This document shows, piece by piece, positions 9,484 to 18,944 of a stretch of 64,000 bases of DNA (positions are counted from its first letter, which is position 1; each line of letters begins with the position of its first letter). The notes under the pieces are model-generated. The model saw nothing but the letters and a program-made list of their open reading frames with translations. It was not told the DNA's origin and searched no databases. Origin of the DNA: a bacterium. GTDB taxonomy: Bacteria; Zhuqueibacterota; Zhuqueibacteria; Residuimicrobiales; Krinioviventaceae. The translations under genes and the position numbers were made by a program. Location: contig OY843751.1 in assembly GCA_963693055.1 (NCBI GenBank), forward strand, positions 4,800,001 through 4,864,000. The letters are read 5' to 3'.

Positions 9484-10710
9484 ATGGCACCTTTCCCTAT
9501 AGATGCAATTCTTGGTAAATTTGGAGCTTATCTGATCTATCTGCTGATCGGAGTAGGATTTGGCTCTGTATTAGAAATGGCAGGTTTTGCCCACTCGCCC
9601 AAACTTGCCGCTCAATTTTATCTCAAAGATATGACGGTCTTAAAAGTCATGTTTACGGCTATTATCGTTGCAATGACACTCATATTCCTCTCATCAGGGT
9701 TAATGCTGCTCGACTTTGACAAGCTGTGGGTAAACCCCACCTACCTCTGGCCCGGCATTATAGGTGGTTTGATTATGGGTGTGGGTTTTATTATTGGTGG
9801 TTTTTGCCCGGGAACTTCATTGGTTGCGTTAGCAACATTAAGAGTAGATGGCTTCTTTTTTGTACTGGGTGCAACCACCGGAATCTTTATCTTTGGAGAA
9901 ACTGTTAGCAATTACACAGGCTTTTGGACATCTTCCTACCTGGGACGCATAATTCTGCCAGAAGTCTTTCATGTACATACAGGTGTAATAGTCTTGCTTG
10001 TTATACTCATGGCTCTTTTTATGTTTAAAGGTGGAGAGATGTTAGAGGCCGCCATTGGTAAGAAAAAGGTCTCTAAATCAAAGTGGAAAATTGCCGGTGC
10101 CTCGGCTTTGGTGATTTTGTCATTACTGGGTATAGTAATTGGACAACCATCTGTGCAGGACAAGTGGGAAATGGTCTCCAAAACTAAACAGGTGCTTTTG
10201 GATGATCGCCAGGTCCAGGTTCATCCCGGTGAGTTGCTTGACCTGATGTACGATGACAGCAAAAATCTGGTATTGCTTGATGTTCGGCCGGAAAAAGACT
10301 ATAATATATTCCACATAAAAAACGCAAAAATGGTTGAATTGGATGATATCCCTCAATACGCTTCAGAGCTGCTGCATGAACCGGCAAATACAGTTATTGT
10401 AGCCATTTGTAATAATGAAAAACTATCTACTACAGCATGGAAATGGTTAACCGCGCTTAATGTTCCCAATGTTTACATTCTTGAAGGTGGTATCAACAAC
10501 TGGCTAGACATTTTCGGTCACGAAGGTCATGAAAGCTGTTATACAGTTAAAGATAAAGACGATACTTCTTTGCGGCATATTTTCAATTCAGCACTAGGGT
10601 CACGTTACGATGCGGCAGAACCGGAACCGGAACATCAGGAATCAAAACTTTTATTTGAACCCAAAGTAAAAATCGCCACCCAGGTAAGACGTCAAGGTGG
10701 CTGTGGATAA
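9484..10710 (+). CDS. YeeE/YedE domain fused to rhodanese domain, C-terminal GGCG
   Basis: GGFCPGT in the membrane domain; LLDVR..HI, AICNNE, ILEGGINNW rhodanese motifs; ends RRQGGCG. Confidence 0.88.
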   Translation: MAPFPIDAILGKFGAYLIYLLIGVGFGSVLEMAGFAHSPKLAAQFYLKDMTVLKVMFTAIIVAMTLIFLSSGLMLLDFDKLWVNPTYLWPGIIGGLIMGVGFIIGGFCPGTSLVALATLRVDGFFFVLGATTGIFIFGETVSNYTGFWTSSYLGRIILPEVFHVHTGVIVLLVILMALFMFKGGEMLEAAIGKKKVSKSKWKIAGASALVILSLLGIVIGQPSVQDKWEMVSKTKQVLLDDRQVQVHPGELLDLMYDDSKNLVLLDVRPEKDYNIFHIKNAKMVELDDIPQYASELLHEPANTVIVAICNNEKLSTTAWKWLTALNVPNVYILEGGINNWLDIFGHEGHESCYTVKDKDDTSLRHIFNSALGSRYDAAEPEPEHQESKLLFEPKVKIATQVRRQGGCG

Positions 10711-10740
10711 AAAAAAAGCCCTTTAAAAGGGCTTTTTTTT
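10709..10740. terminator. Bidirectional terminator between convergent genes
   Basis: aaaaaaaagccc-tttaaaa-gggctttttttt. Confidence 0.9.
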
Positions 10741-11332
10741 ATTTCAAAGGCTGTACAGGAATTCCCCTCCTGAACACTCTGATTTTTCCATTATCAAAAT
10801 TTAATTTTAGTGACAAAAGCAGCATTTGCGCCAGAGGATCTTTATCTGCATTATACGCATTCACCATAACACCAAAACGTACAGATTTCGATTGTCCCGA
10901 TTCTATCAGCAGATCAACATCTGCCTGGGTATCAAAATTTTGTTCAGTTAATGATTTTATTAACCGGGGATTTTGCTGAATTTCATTTATTGATGGTTTT
11001 ACCAGAAAAGCTTTGCTTGACAAATTTATATCCAGAATTTTTTGTCCCGCTAAAGGAATCAAAAATCCTGCGCCATCAGACATCTTTTCTATAGATTTTA
11101 ATGAAAAACTGGCCGGTCCCTGATTTGTGATGCTGGTTTCATATATGGCTAAAAATGCCCACGATTGGGTAGCCTCATCGTAAACCGGTGTCATCAAAGT
11201 ATTACGTTCTTCAAGTTCAATATCAGACAATGCTAATTGAAAAGCCTGGTTTGCCTTAAACAGCCCCATTACTGCTATTCCCAGGGCTATAATTGCAATG
11301 GCATATAAAGTAATCGTTTTCCACTTCATCAA
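10739..11332 (-). CDS. Hypothetical protein with N-terminal membrane anchor
   Basis: 197-aa ORF, hydrophobic N-terminus, no recognised motif. Confidence 0.7.
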   Translation of the reverse strand: MMKWKTITLYAIAIIALGIAVMGLFKANQAFQLALSDIELEERNTLMTPVYDEATQSWAFLAIYETSITNQGPASFSLKSIEKMSDGAGFLIPLAGQKILDINLSSKAFLVKPSINEIQQNPRLIKSLTEQNFDTQADVDLLIESGQSKSVRFGVMVNAYNADKDPLAQMLLLSLKLNFDNGKIRVFRRGIPVQPLK

Positions 11333-11382
11333 TAAATCTCCATTTAAAATTTTAATAATATAGGAAAACGAAAAATAAATTC

Positions 11383-12210
11383 CTATTTTATTAATAATAT
11401 TTTATGAAATGCAAACATCTGCCCCAAATTGACGCGCACGTAATACACACCAGATGGAACAGAATTCCCGTTCATATCAATCCCAGACCATAAATATTCA
11501 TACGAACCCATTTCAAGCTTTCCAAAATCATTAAATGATATTTTATTACTCAAAATATCAAAAATTTCAAGATGGACATTTCCACTTTTGGTAATATCAA
11601 AATGTATCCGCGTTGAATTGTTAAAAGGATTCGGATAGTTCTTAACAACCAGATTCTGGTTAATCGGATATTCCGGTTCTTCAATTTTTGTATCAATATT
11701 CCGTACAACTGCACGGAGGAGAAAATCCAGGTCTTCTCTCAGCCACCAGCTTCAGCAGTCGGTATCGTATGAATGCAGGCTTATGGGTTCCTGATCATCA
11801 ACACCAATTGCAAAAAAGTTGTTTGGATTTTGTGACAATACAAAAAAGAAATCATCATCAACATTTAGGTCCAAAGCACCGAGATCATATTCGTTCCACC
11901 CTGCATGCCCACCAGATATTACAAACGGCTCAACAAGATCATTTCCATCCCAGGGTTTACCATCCAAATCAGCAGGTAATATTGACAACTTGAATGCCGT
12001 AGTCTCATTTACTTTGGGCATATAATATTTAATTTTCATCAATTTTGCAGGGTATTGAGAGGGAGAGAATTTTGTAACTACATAGATACCATTTTGTCCC
12101 ATTATAAAAGTATCGTGCGCAATTCCATTATCATAATACAACTCTTCATCAGCAAAAGTAACCGCAAAAAGGGTCAAAACCCATAGACACAAAATTTTAG
12201 TTATTTTCAT
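11383..12210 (-). CDS. Putative secreted selenoprotein (in-frame TGA at 11752-11754, Cys-Sec) with C-terminal FlgD/T9SS-A-like domain, 275 aa
   Basis: Signal peptide; ...SYDTDC-TGA-SWWLREDLDFLLRAVV...KNYPNPFNNSTRIHF...WSGIDMNGNSVPSGVYYVRV...HKILLIK-TAG; 122 open codons after the TGA. Confidence 0.7.
11700..11740 (-). promoter_or_regulatory. Candidate bacterial SECIS hairpin(s) downstream of the in-frame UGA
   Basis: Hairpin 1: GAGAAGA-CCUGGA-UUUUCUC (+14 to +33 after UGA). Hairpin 2: UCCGUGC-AGUU-GUACGGA (+35 to +52). Neither is a perfect consensus match. Confidence 0.45.
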
Positions 12211-12235
12211 CCAGGCCTCTTAAAAAAATCAGATA

Positions 12236-12274
12236 TAAACACCAAAGGCCCCATAAAGGGGCCTTTGGTGTTTA
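12236..12274 (-). terminator. Strong hairpin/terminator after the PorV-like gene
   Basis: 17-bp perfect inverted repeat taaacaccaaaggcccc-ataaa-ggggcctttggtgttta. Confidence 0.8.
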
Positions 12275-12295
12275 ACAACTCATTCGAAAATGAGA

Positions 12296-13315
12296 TTATT
12301 TCATATAGATGCTCCAGGAGATTCTATGTACAGAGCCAAAAAGTTCACCAAAGTCACCGTAGGAGTAATCAAATTTTACACCATAGTTACCCAGGGGTTT
12401 ATTGACACCAACACCAAAAGTCAATCCTTCTTCATCATAGTTAAATTTGTAACCACCGCGCAGGAACAGCATATTACTCATACCATATTCAGCACCAAGG
12501 TGAATACGTTCAGAGTAATCTCTGGGGTGAATTGCATCTACTGCAACTGTCAGTTTATGCATATCACTATCTGCGAACAAGGTCATTACATCCATTGCCA
12601 TACCAATATTGAACATCAAAGGCAATTCAAAGCGTTCAAACACATAACGACCCTGGCGGGAAAAGTTGCGGATTGACATAGCAACGCGCAAATCTTTCCA
12701 ACCTGTGTAATACAGGGTACCAAAATCAAATGCATTTACAGTTTGTTCATTTTGTACAACGGTTTCACCATAGACTTCATGCAAGATCAAGCTTTCATAC
12801 AAGTCCTGTTTAACCATTTTAATCTGGGCACCGATAGAGAATTGGTTACTGATACGACGTCCATAAGACAATCCTACAGCATATTCACCAACTTCAAAAT
12901 CACCAAGGTCTTCATAACCCTGATTTCTCAGTATAGGATCAGCTCCATCATACGGACGTGTTTCTGTCATTGTACCATAGTCCATATAGATCAAGCTAAC
13001 ACCAAAAGTACCCCAGTTTTTAAAACCGTAAGCAATACCACCGGCATAATGTTTAATGTCGGCAATCCAATTGGTTTGGTTCATTGCAACTTCAAAGCCA
13101 TCAACAAAAGCGAGACCCGCCAGATTCGAAAACATAGATGTAGCATCATCAGTTACGGCTGCACTGGCACTGCCCATTGCAGAAGCACGACCACCTACAT
13201 CAATTTTTAAAAACGGCATACCCGTTTGACCTAATTTATCAATAGCTTGTGACGCAGGACTGAGTCCCAATATTAATAGCGCCGTCACCAGCAAATAAAA
13301 AACAGTTTTTTTCAT
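12296..13315 (-). CDS. PorV/PorQ (UPF0164) family outer membrane beta-barrel
   Basis: Signal peptide, FLKIDVGGRASAMGSA, NLAGLA, LFLRGGY, C-terminal HRIS. Confidence 0.85.
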   Translation of the reverse strand: MKKTVFYLLVTALLILGLSPASQAIDKLGQTGMPFLKIDVGGRASAMGSASAAVTDDATSMFSNLAGLAFVDGFEVAMNQTNWIADIKHYAGGIAYGFKNWGTFGVSLIYMDYGTMTETRPYDGADPILRNQGYEDLGDFEVGEYAVGLSYGRRISNQFSIGAQIKMVKQDLYESLILHEVYGETVVQNEQTVNAFDFGTLYYTGWKDLRVAMSIRNFSRQGRYVFERFELPLMFNIGMAMDVMTLFADSDMHKLTVAVDAIHPRDYSERIHLGAEYGMSNMLFLRGGYKFNYDEEGLTFGVGVNKPLGNYGVKFDYSYGDFGELFGSVHRISWSIYMK

Positions 13316-13351
13316 TTCATTTCCTCCTTATTCATGCCTTTTACCCAAAGG

Positions 13352-15409
13352 TTATTTAACCACTACAAATTTGCCAATTGCAGTTTCACCCGTGGGGCTG
13401 CCTTGAGGACCATCTAATTCTTCAACAACAAACAGATAGATACCGCTCACAATTCTCATTGAAGAGAAAGTGTCCTGACGGGTCCATTCTTCGTCACCTG
13501 TTCCTTCGTTATGATACAGAGTCTGTACCAGGTCACCTGTCATTGTGTAGATATGGATATTACAATAAGCAGGTGTATTGAGGAATTTAATTTGATCTTC
13601 TTCATATTTGTAGCGGGAAAGGGCATTAAAAGGATTAGGTACAACAACTACATTGTCTTTCCAGTTTGCATCCGGTGAACGTGTAGGTGCAACAGCTTCA
13701 TCAACTCGATTATCTCCGGATTTCAACTGACCGGAACGGTTCAGCAGCATACTGCTTTCGGTTCCATCATTGGTGTACGCGGTTACATAATACCAATAGT
13801 TTTGTCCACGGATCACATCCGTATCAATATAACTATGAGTTGACGCACCAACATCTGCAAGTAAAACAAATGTTGTATCAGTTGGTATAGCCAATTCCGC
13901 TGGGCGGTAATAGTTACGATAGATTTTGAATCCGGCAAGTCCCGGGAAGCCATCAGCTTCTGTTCCCCAATCAATTTCAATTTGATCAGGAACTGAGGTC
14001 AATGTTAATGAGGGAGATGGTGGTGTAGCAGGAACCATCAACTCACCAGTACCCTTGAGAACGTTACTGTTTTCCCAGATTCTTTTCAGCATTCCGGCCT
14101 TTTTAAAAACAGAATCTTTACCGGTATCAATGATCATGTCTTTTTGTACCTGGCTCAGAAAACTACCTTGAACTCCTAGATCCATTACATCATAAGGCAT
14201 TTCAACATTAAGCTGACTAGAGTATCCGGCTTTATAAGCACGACCGGCATCAATAGCCAGACGATGGTTTATAGAACCACCAATGTAAGCAACAACAATA
14301 CGCACATCTTCACCTGGAGCCATCTGGTAAGGACCAAAATGGAAAGAACCGGGTTTTGCTTGTTCTTCTACAGGATTACTCACATGTGCTGCCCAACTGT
14401 CAATCAAGCTGCGATACATACCGCTTGCATCTGTCTGCAGACTGGGGTTAGCTGTATTCCAGGGGCCAGACATGAATTCGTAAATTTCATCATGGGTTGC
14501 TTCACTCAATGAAGGAAGTAACTCACGCTGTGACCAACCGGCTTTATGTGGTTGTGCAGGATCGTCAGTATCATCAGTAGTGCTTTTATCCGCATGAAGT
14601 ACCTGCATACCCATATATTGTGGTTTTTCAAAGTTACCCCAGATCAGATCAGGGTTAGCTTTGTCATCTTCAGGAATTTCAGGTTCATCTGCTTCCCACA
14701 TATAATAGAGACGCAGCGAATCCTGGCCACTTGCGTAACCAGCGCCATAATAATCTGACCACAAGTTACCAGGATAATGATCACCTGTCATCATTTCGGT
14801 TACAATACTAAAATAAACATCATTTTTAGCTTCGTTAGATGCGTTTTCAAAAATCCATTCATAAACAACAAAGTCGTCATATTCTTGATTGGCACACGCG
14901 TAAACCCAACGTTCTACATCAATACCGGTCCAGGTATTCCACTTGCCATAGACCATACCGTCTGCAGGAATATTTTCATCAACCGGGTCGGTTTTGTACT
15001 GAGCGTCAGTCCAGTCACGGCCATCAATCATTCTGATGGGGGGTGCGTATTTGAAAACACGTTTAAAAGCACCACTAACGGGCACAATAACGTTTTCAAT
15101 TTCGGTAAATTTACTTTGTATACCCTGGGCAATTTTATGTTCCCAAGGTACACCATTACCGTCCGTCCAACTCATTTTAACACCAACATTGATACCATTA
15201 ACAGATGAAACTTCTCTGGCATCACTGTCAAGATTTTCATTCCAGGTTTGGGGGTATTGCATTGACATTGCACTGATCGTCTCTCCCGGTGTCACCTGGA
15301 TATCACCGAATCGCAACTGTCTGGTAGACGACTGACCCAATAGTGTTGAATTTATGAGCAACAGCAGAACAAGAACAAATAATCCGCCGTACTTGAAAAG
15401 TTTTTTCAT
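13352..15409 (-). CDS. Secreted protein with FN3-like domain and T9SS-like C-terminal domain
   Basis: Signal peptide; PPSPSL..W..GFKIYR..YYVTAY FN3-like segment; VVVVPNPF..IYTMTGDLV..SGIYLFVVE..GKFVVVK. Confidence 0.8.
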   Translation of the reverse strand: MKKLFKYGGLFVLVLLLLINSTLLGQSSTRQLRFGDIQVTPGETISAMSMQYPQTWNENLDSDAREVSSVNGINVGVKMSWTDGNGVPWEHKIAQGIQSKFTEIENVIVPVSGAFKRVFKYAPPIRMIDGRDWTDAQYKTDPVDENIPADGMVYGKWNTWTGIDVERWVYACANQEYDDFVVYEWIFENASNEAKNDVYFSIVTEMMTGDHYPGNLWSDYYGAGYASGQDSLRLYYMWEADEPEIPEDDKANPDLIWGNFEKPQYMGMQVLHADKSTTDDTDDPAQPHKAGWSQRELLPSLSEATHDEIYEFMSGPWNTANPSLQTDASGMYRSLIDSWAAHVSNPVEEQAKPGSFHFGPYQMAPGEDVRIVVAYIGGSINHRLAIDAGRAYKAGYSSQLNVEMPYDVMDLGVQGSFLSQVQKDMIIDTGKDSVFKKAGMLKRIWENSNVLKGTGELMVPATPPSPSLTLTSVPDQIEIDWGTEADGFPGLAGFKIYRNYYRPAELAIPTDTTFVLLADVGASTHSYIDTDVIRGQNYWYYVTAYTNDGTESSMLLNRSGQLKSGDNRVDEAVAPTRSPDANWKDNVVVVPNPFNALSRYKYEEDQIKFLNTPAYCNIHIYTMTGDLVQTLYHNEGTGDEEWTRQDTFSSMRIVSGIYLFVVEELDGPQGSPTGETAIGKFVVVK

Positions 15410-15473
15410 ATTTATTTCCTCCTAAACAGAGTCCACAAGTTTGATTCCGTTGAAATAACTTGTATTAATGATA

Positions 15474-18400
15474 TCAATAGAAATTAATTTTGATACCGAA
15501 AAAGATATCACGTTTTTCCAGGAATGTCCATGGAGTAAACGACGGCATTACGATATAATCTTTGCCGTTGCTGTCTGTTGGGTAATCTCCGGGACGATCG
15601 CCACCTTCAATGTCCAATGAATTCATATAAGCTCTGAATTCACCATTCCACCATTTGTGATCGTTCCATGCCCAGTTTCCATTAACACCTGTGAGAACTC
15701 TGTTATCACCATAAGAATAATCATCGGGATAGGTCATATTCTTGTTATTAAATACGTTAAAAACATCTACGTAAAATACGGTTTCCATGCCCCATTTATG
15801 GAACAGACGTTTGGTGAAACGCATATCTGTTCTTTGGTAGGGACGCCAGCGGATATTGTCTTCTACATATGGAATACCTTTGGGATTCCAGGTGAATACT
15901 TCACCCGCACGCCAATAGTACAAGAAATTCAGGTTCATGTCAGCAAAAACCGGGTAACCTGCAAGCCTGTAACCAAAATCAGCTGGTGTATGGAAATCTA
16001 CATTAACTTTCCAAACCGGGCGAGCAACAGGTTGTGTAATATCAGTATTCCATAATTGATCACCACTATTGGGATCTTCACGGTAATACTCGGTACCGTA
16101 ACGACCGCGGCTTGAGATCATGTATTCATAACTGGTAAAACCGGTTACAAATGTTCCACGACGCAATTCAGCCATCAACTCGACACCACGAATATCGCGG
16201 TACTGGTTGTTTTCCGGGAAACGTACATCCGAACCTTCCATAGGATAGTAACGGATTTCGTTATATTCGTCAGACACGTCTTTATAATAACCGGTAGCGG
16301 TCAACTGGAACATGTCCATTAAATTATGAGCATAGCCCACTTCGTACATGATGGTTTTGGGAGGAACTAAACTGGGGTTACCCAGGTTTGAAATTCTCCA
16401 GCCATCAGTTGTACGTTGGCGATAATAGTACAAATCATACGCACTGGGCCATTTGTAAAAGTGGCCATAGTTAAAAAAGATTTTTGCGTCGTTTGAAATT
16501 GGATGAGAGATACCAACACGCGGGCTTATACGCGCCTGCGTAATACCTTCCCAATTCAACATATCCAGACTGTCAGACTTGCCTGCCTGCAGAAATCTGG
16601 TATAGGGAGATGCGTTGGGATCATTAGGATCAGTATTATTGATCATTTCACCGCGTTTTTGTACGTCCATACGCAGACCCAGGTTTGCAATCATACCCTG
16701 GAATTCAAGTTTATCTTGAACAAACAAGGCACCTGACCAGGGTTTTGCTTTGGCAAAGTACCAGCTACCACCGTTAACGGAGGGATCGATTTCGCCATAT
16801 TCACCATGAATTTTATCATGTTGTAATTCAAAACCGGCTTTAATCTGGTTAAAACGGTTAACCTGACTGGTAACAGCGGCTTTTAATACATATTTACGGA
16901 ATACAGAATTGTTTTCACGCAGGTTACAAGATTCCATACGGTATTCACCAGTCACATCACGCCAGTTCACAGGACCATAGCCCCATGGACCTTCATCGTA
17001 CCAGTAATCACCAATTTTAACACGTGCGTAATTCTGCCAGTTTTCCCAATCATAATCACCATTGTCAATATGTTCCTGGATTTCATCAGCAGTACCTAAA
17101 CGGCCATACTGTAAATGGGTTGCGTTCCATTCATTACCCTGGATTTTAATGGTGTTACGATGATACATATCATGACCTTCTTCAGTCAGCAGATGGCTGA
17201 ATGTAACTTCATAAAATGTTGAAGGAGATAATACGTGCGTAAACTGGAAGCCCATTGAAACACGTTCCTGAACTGCGGTAACGTTACAATAGGGGTACCA
17301 CATTTTGTTTGCGGCAGACATACTGTTGGGAACATCACTTTCAAAACCAGAGCTATTGCTGGAGAAAGCATTGTTGGTAATTTCAATACCAATACCGCCA
17401 CCCTGGCTACCATTTGTACCACTCTGTTTTCCATATAAAAAGTTGAGGTTCAACTTCATAGATTCATTTAAATTTGTGGTTAATTTAAGGTTCGTCAGGC
17501 GATCACGATAATGATCTTGAGGAAAAACACGTGCGTAATATGTTTTTTCTTCTCTATGAGAAGCAAAGAATTTAACACCATTTAAAAATGGAATTGGGCC
17601 GCCAAAAGTAAAGGACCCGACAAAATCACCTTCATCACCATATTCGTACACGTCATCTTCATCGGGATCAATGCCGGTAACATCGGCATTTACCTTACCT
17701 TGTTCTGCAAGGCTCAACAACAATTCTAAATTATCTTTGGATCTGTGGCGCCACAAGTACAGTGCCAGATTTTCATAAGGTTCACCATAGTGGGGATCAC
17801 CAGGTTGCAGGGTACCATTGGTTCCCAAAACCCATTTGGATGAATCCCACCAGTTAGACAATTCAGCACCGCTTGCGTCAACGGGAATACCATTTGCGCT
17901 TACTTCAACACCTGAATATTTGAACCAGCCGGGGAAAAACTGACTTGCTGTACCCACTTCCCCCATGCCACCTTCACGGTAATATCCGGTCCACGCACCG
18001 TCTTTGGCGTAAAGAAACGGGCGTACCAAAGGCGAATCTTTACCATAGATCATGGGACCAAAACCCTTTAAAGCAGCTGGGCTGTATTTAAAATCAATAC
18101 TTCCGGTGTAACGGTCGCCACCTTCTTTGGTAACAACATTGATCAATCCTGAACGAACATTACCATATTCAGCATTGAAACCACCGGTAATAACCTGAAT
18201 TTCCTGCACAGCGTCCATATTAATCTTCATATAAGGACGATTGCGGATTTCATCAGTCATTGCCATACCATCGGTGATCATAGCACCATTGGTATAATCC
18301 TGACCGCGGAAACGCGGGTGAGATGCATTCGCACCAAAACCGGAAATACCAACCTGCGCATGCATTACATTTGCAAGGTCTTTGTATGCAGCATTTTCAA

Positions 18401-18827
18401 GTTGTTCGGGGGAAATAATTTGTTGGGTGCTGGAAACATCGAGGGGAACAATTGCGCGTTCTGCAACTACTGTAACTTCCTGAGAAGCTTCCAGAACTTT
18501 TTCTTCGAGTTTAAAATCTGCGACCGTTGTGCGGTCAACGTTTACACCTACTCCTGTAAGTTTAAGAGGTGTGTAACCAATCATTGTAGCGGTTAATGCA
18601 TATTGTCCTGGACGGATATTAATAATAAAATAATAACCATCAAGGTCTGTTGCAGCACCCATCTGGGTACCTTCAATCACAACATTAACGCCAGGGAGTG
18701 GCTCCCCTGTTTTTGCGTCTGTTACTCTACCTGATATTTTACCGGTTGTTGCCGAAAAACCCGTACCGGCAATTAACAGGCCTAGTATAAATACACAGGC
18801 GAGTTTAAATATTACACTTCTCTGCAT
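15474..18827 (-). CDS. TonB-dependent receptor with carboxypeptidase-regulatory-like N-domain
   Basis: TGKISGRVTDAKTGEPLPGVNV, GGFNAEYGN..SG.INVVTK plug motif, SPRVGISHP, C-terminal aromatic residue. Confidence 0.93.
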   Translation of the reverse strand: MQRSVIFKLACVFILGLLIAGTGFSATTGKISGRVTDAKTGEPLPGVNVVIEGTQMGAATDLDGYYFIINIRPGQYALTATMIGYTPLKLTGVGVNVDRTTVADFKLEEKVLEASQEVTVVAERAIVPLDVSSTQQIISPEQLENAAYKDLANVMHAQVGISGFGANASHPRFRGQDYTNGAMITDGMAMTDEIRNRPYMKINMDAVQEIQVITGGFNAEYGNVRSGLINVVTKEGGDRYTGSIDFKYSPAALKGFGPMIYGKDSPLVRPFLYAKDGAWTGYYREGGMGEVGTASQFFPGWFKYSGVEVSANGIPVDASGAELSNWWDSSKWVLGTNGTLQPGDPHYGEPYENLALYLWRHRSKDNLELLLSLAEQGKVNADVTGIDPDEDDVYEYGDEGDFVGSFTFGGPIPFLNGVKFFASHREEKTYYARVFPQDHYRDRLTNLKLTTNLNESMKLNLNFLYGKQSGTNGSQGGGIGIEITNNAFSSNSSGFESDVPNSMSAANKMWYPYCNVTAVQERVSMGFQFTHVLSPSTFYEVTFSHLLTEEGHDMYHRNTIKIQGNEWNATHLQYGRLGTADEIQEHIDNGDYDWENWQNYARVKIGDYWYDEGPWGYGPVNWRDVTGEYRMESCNLRENNSVFRKYVLKAAVTSQVNRFNQIKAGFELQHDKIHGEYGEIDPSVNGGSWYFAKAKPWSGALFVQDKLEFQGMIANLGLRMDVQKRGEMINNTDPNDPNASPYTRFLQAGKSDSLDMLNWEGITQARISPRVGISHPISNDAKIFFNYGHFYKWPSAYDLYYYRQRTTDGWRISNLGNPSLVPPKTIMYEVGYAHNLMDMFQLTATGYYKDVSDEYNEIRYYPMEGSDVRFPENNQYRDIRGVELMAELRRGTFVTGFTSYEYMISSRGRYGTEYYREDPNSGDQLWNTDITQPVARPVWKVNVDFHTPADFGYRLAGYPVFADMNLNFLYYWRAGEVFTWNPKGIPYVEDNIRWRPYQRTDMRFTKRLFHKWGMETVFYVDVFNVFNNKNMTYPDDYSYGDNRVLTGVNGNWAWNDHKWWNGEFRAYMNSLDIEGGDRPGDYPTDSNGKDYIVMPSFTPWTFLEKRDIFFGIKINFY

Positions 18828-18944
18828 GGAATAACCTCCTTTACCCTAATTAATAGCAGAAGGAATTAATAAATCTACCCAATTAATAACCTTTTACCAA
18901 AAGACTACCCTTCTTTTAGTAAAAATAGTTGTTGCTAAAAAACT

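Noticed and set aside
11752-11754. TGA as a genome-wide reassigned codon (code 4 or 25)
   Set aside because: Other genes, such as pntAB and the TBDR, end at TGA at their expected termini, and no conserved gene here has an internal TGA.
11688-12025. Plus-strand ORFs 11688-11993 and 11819-12025
   Set aside because: Antisense shadows of the minus-strand gene, which has a signal peptide and a recognisable C-terminal domain.
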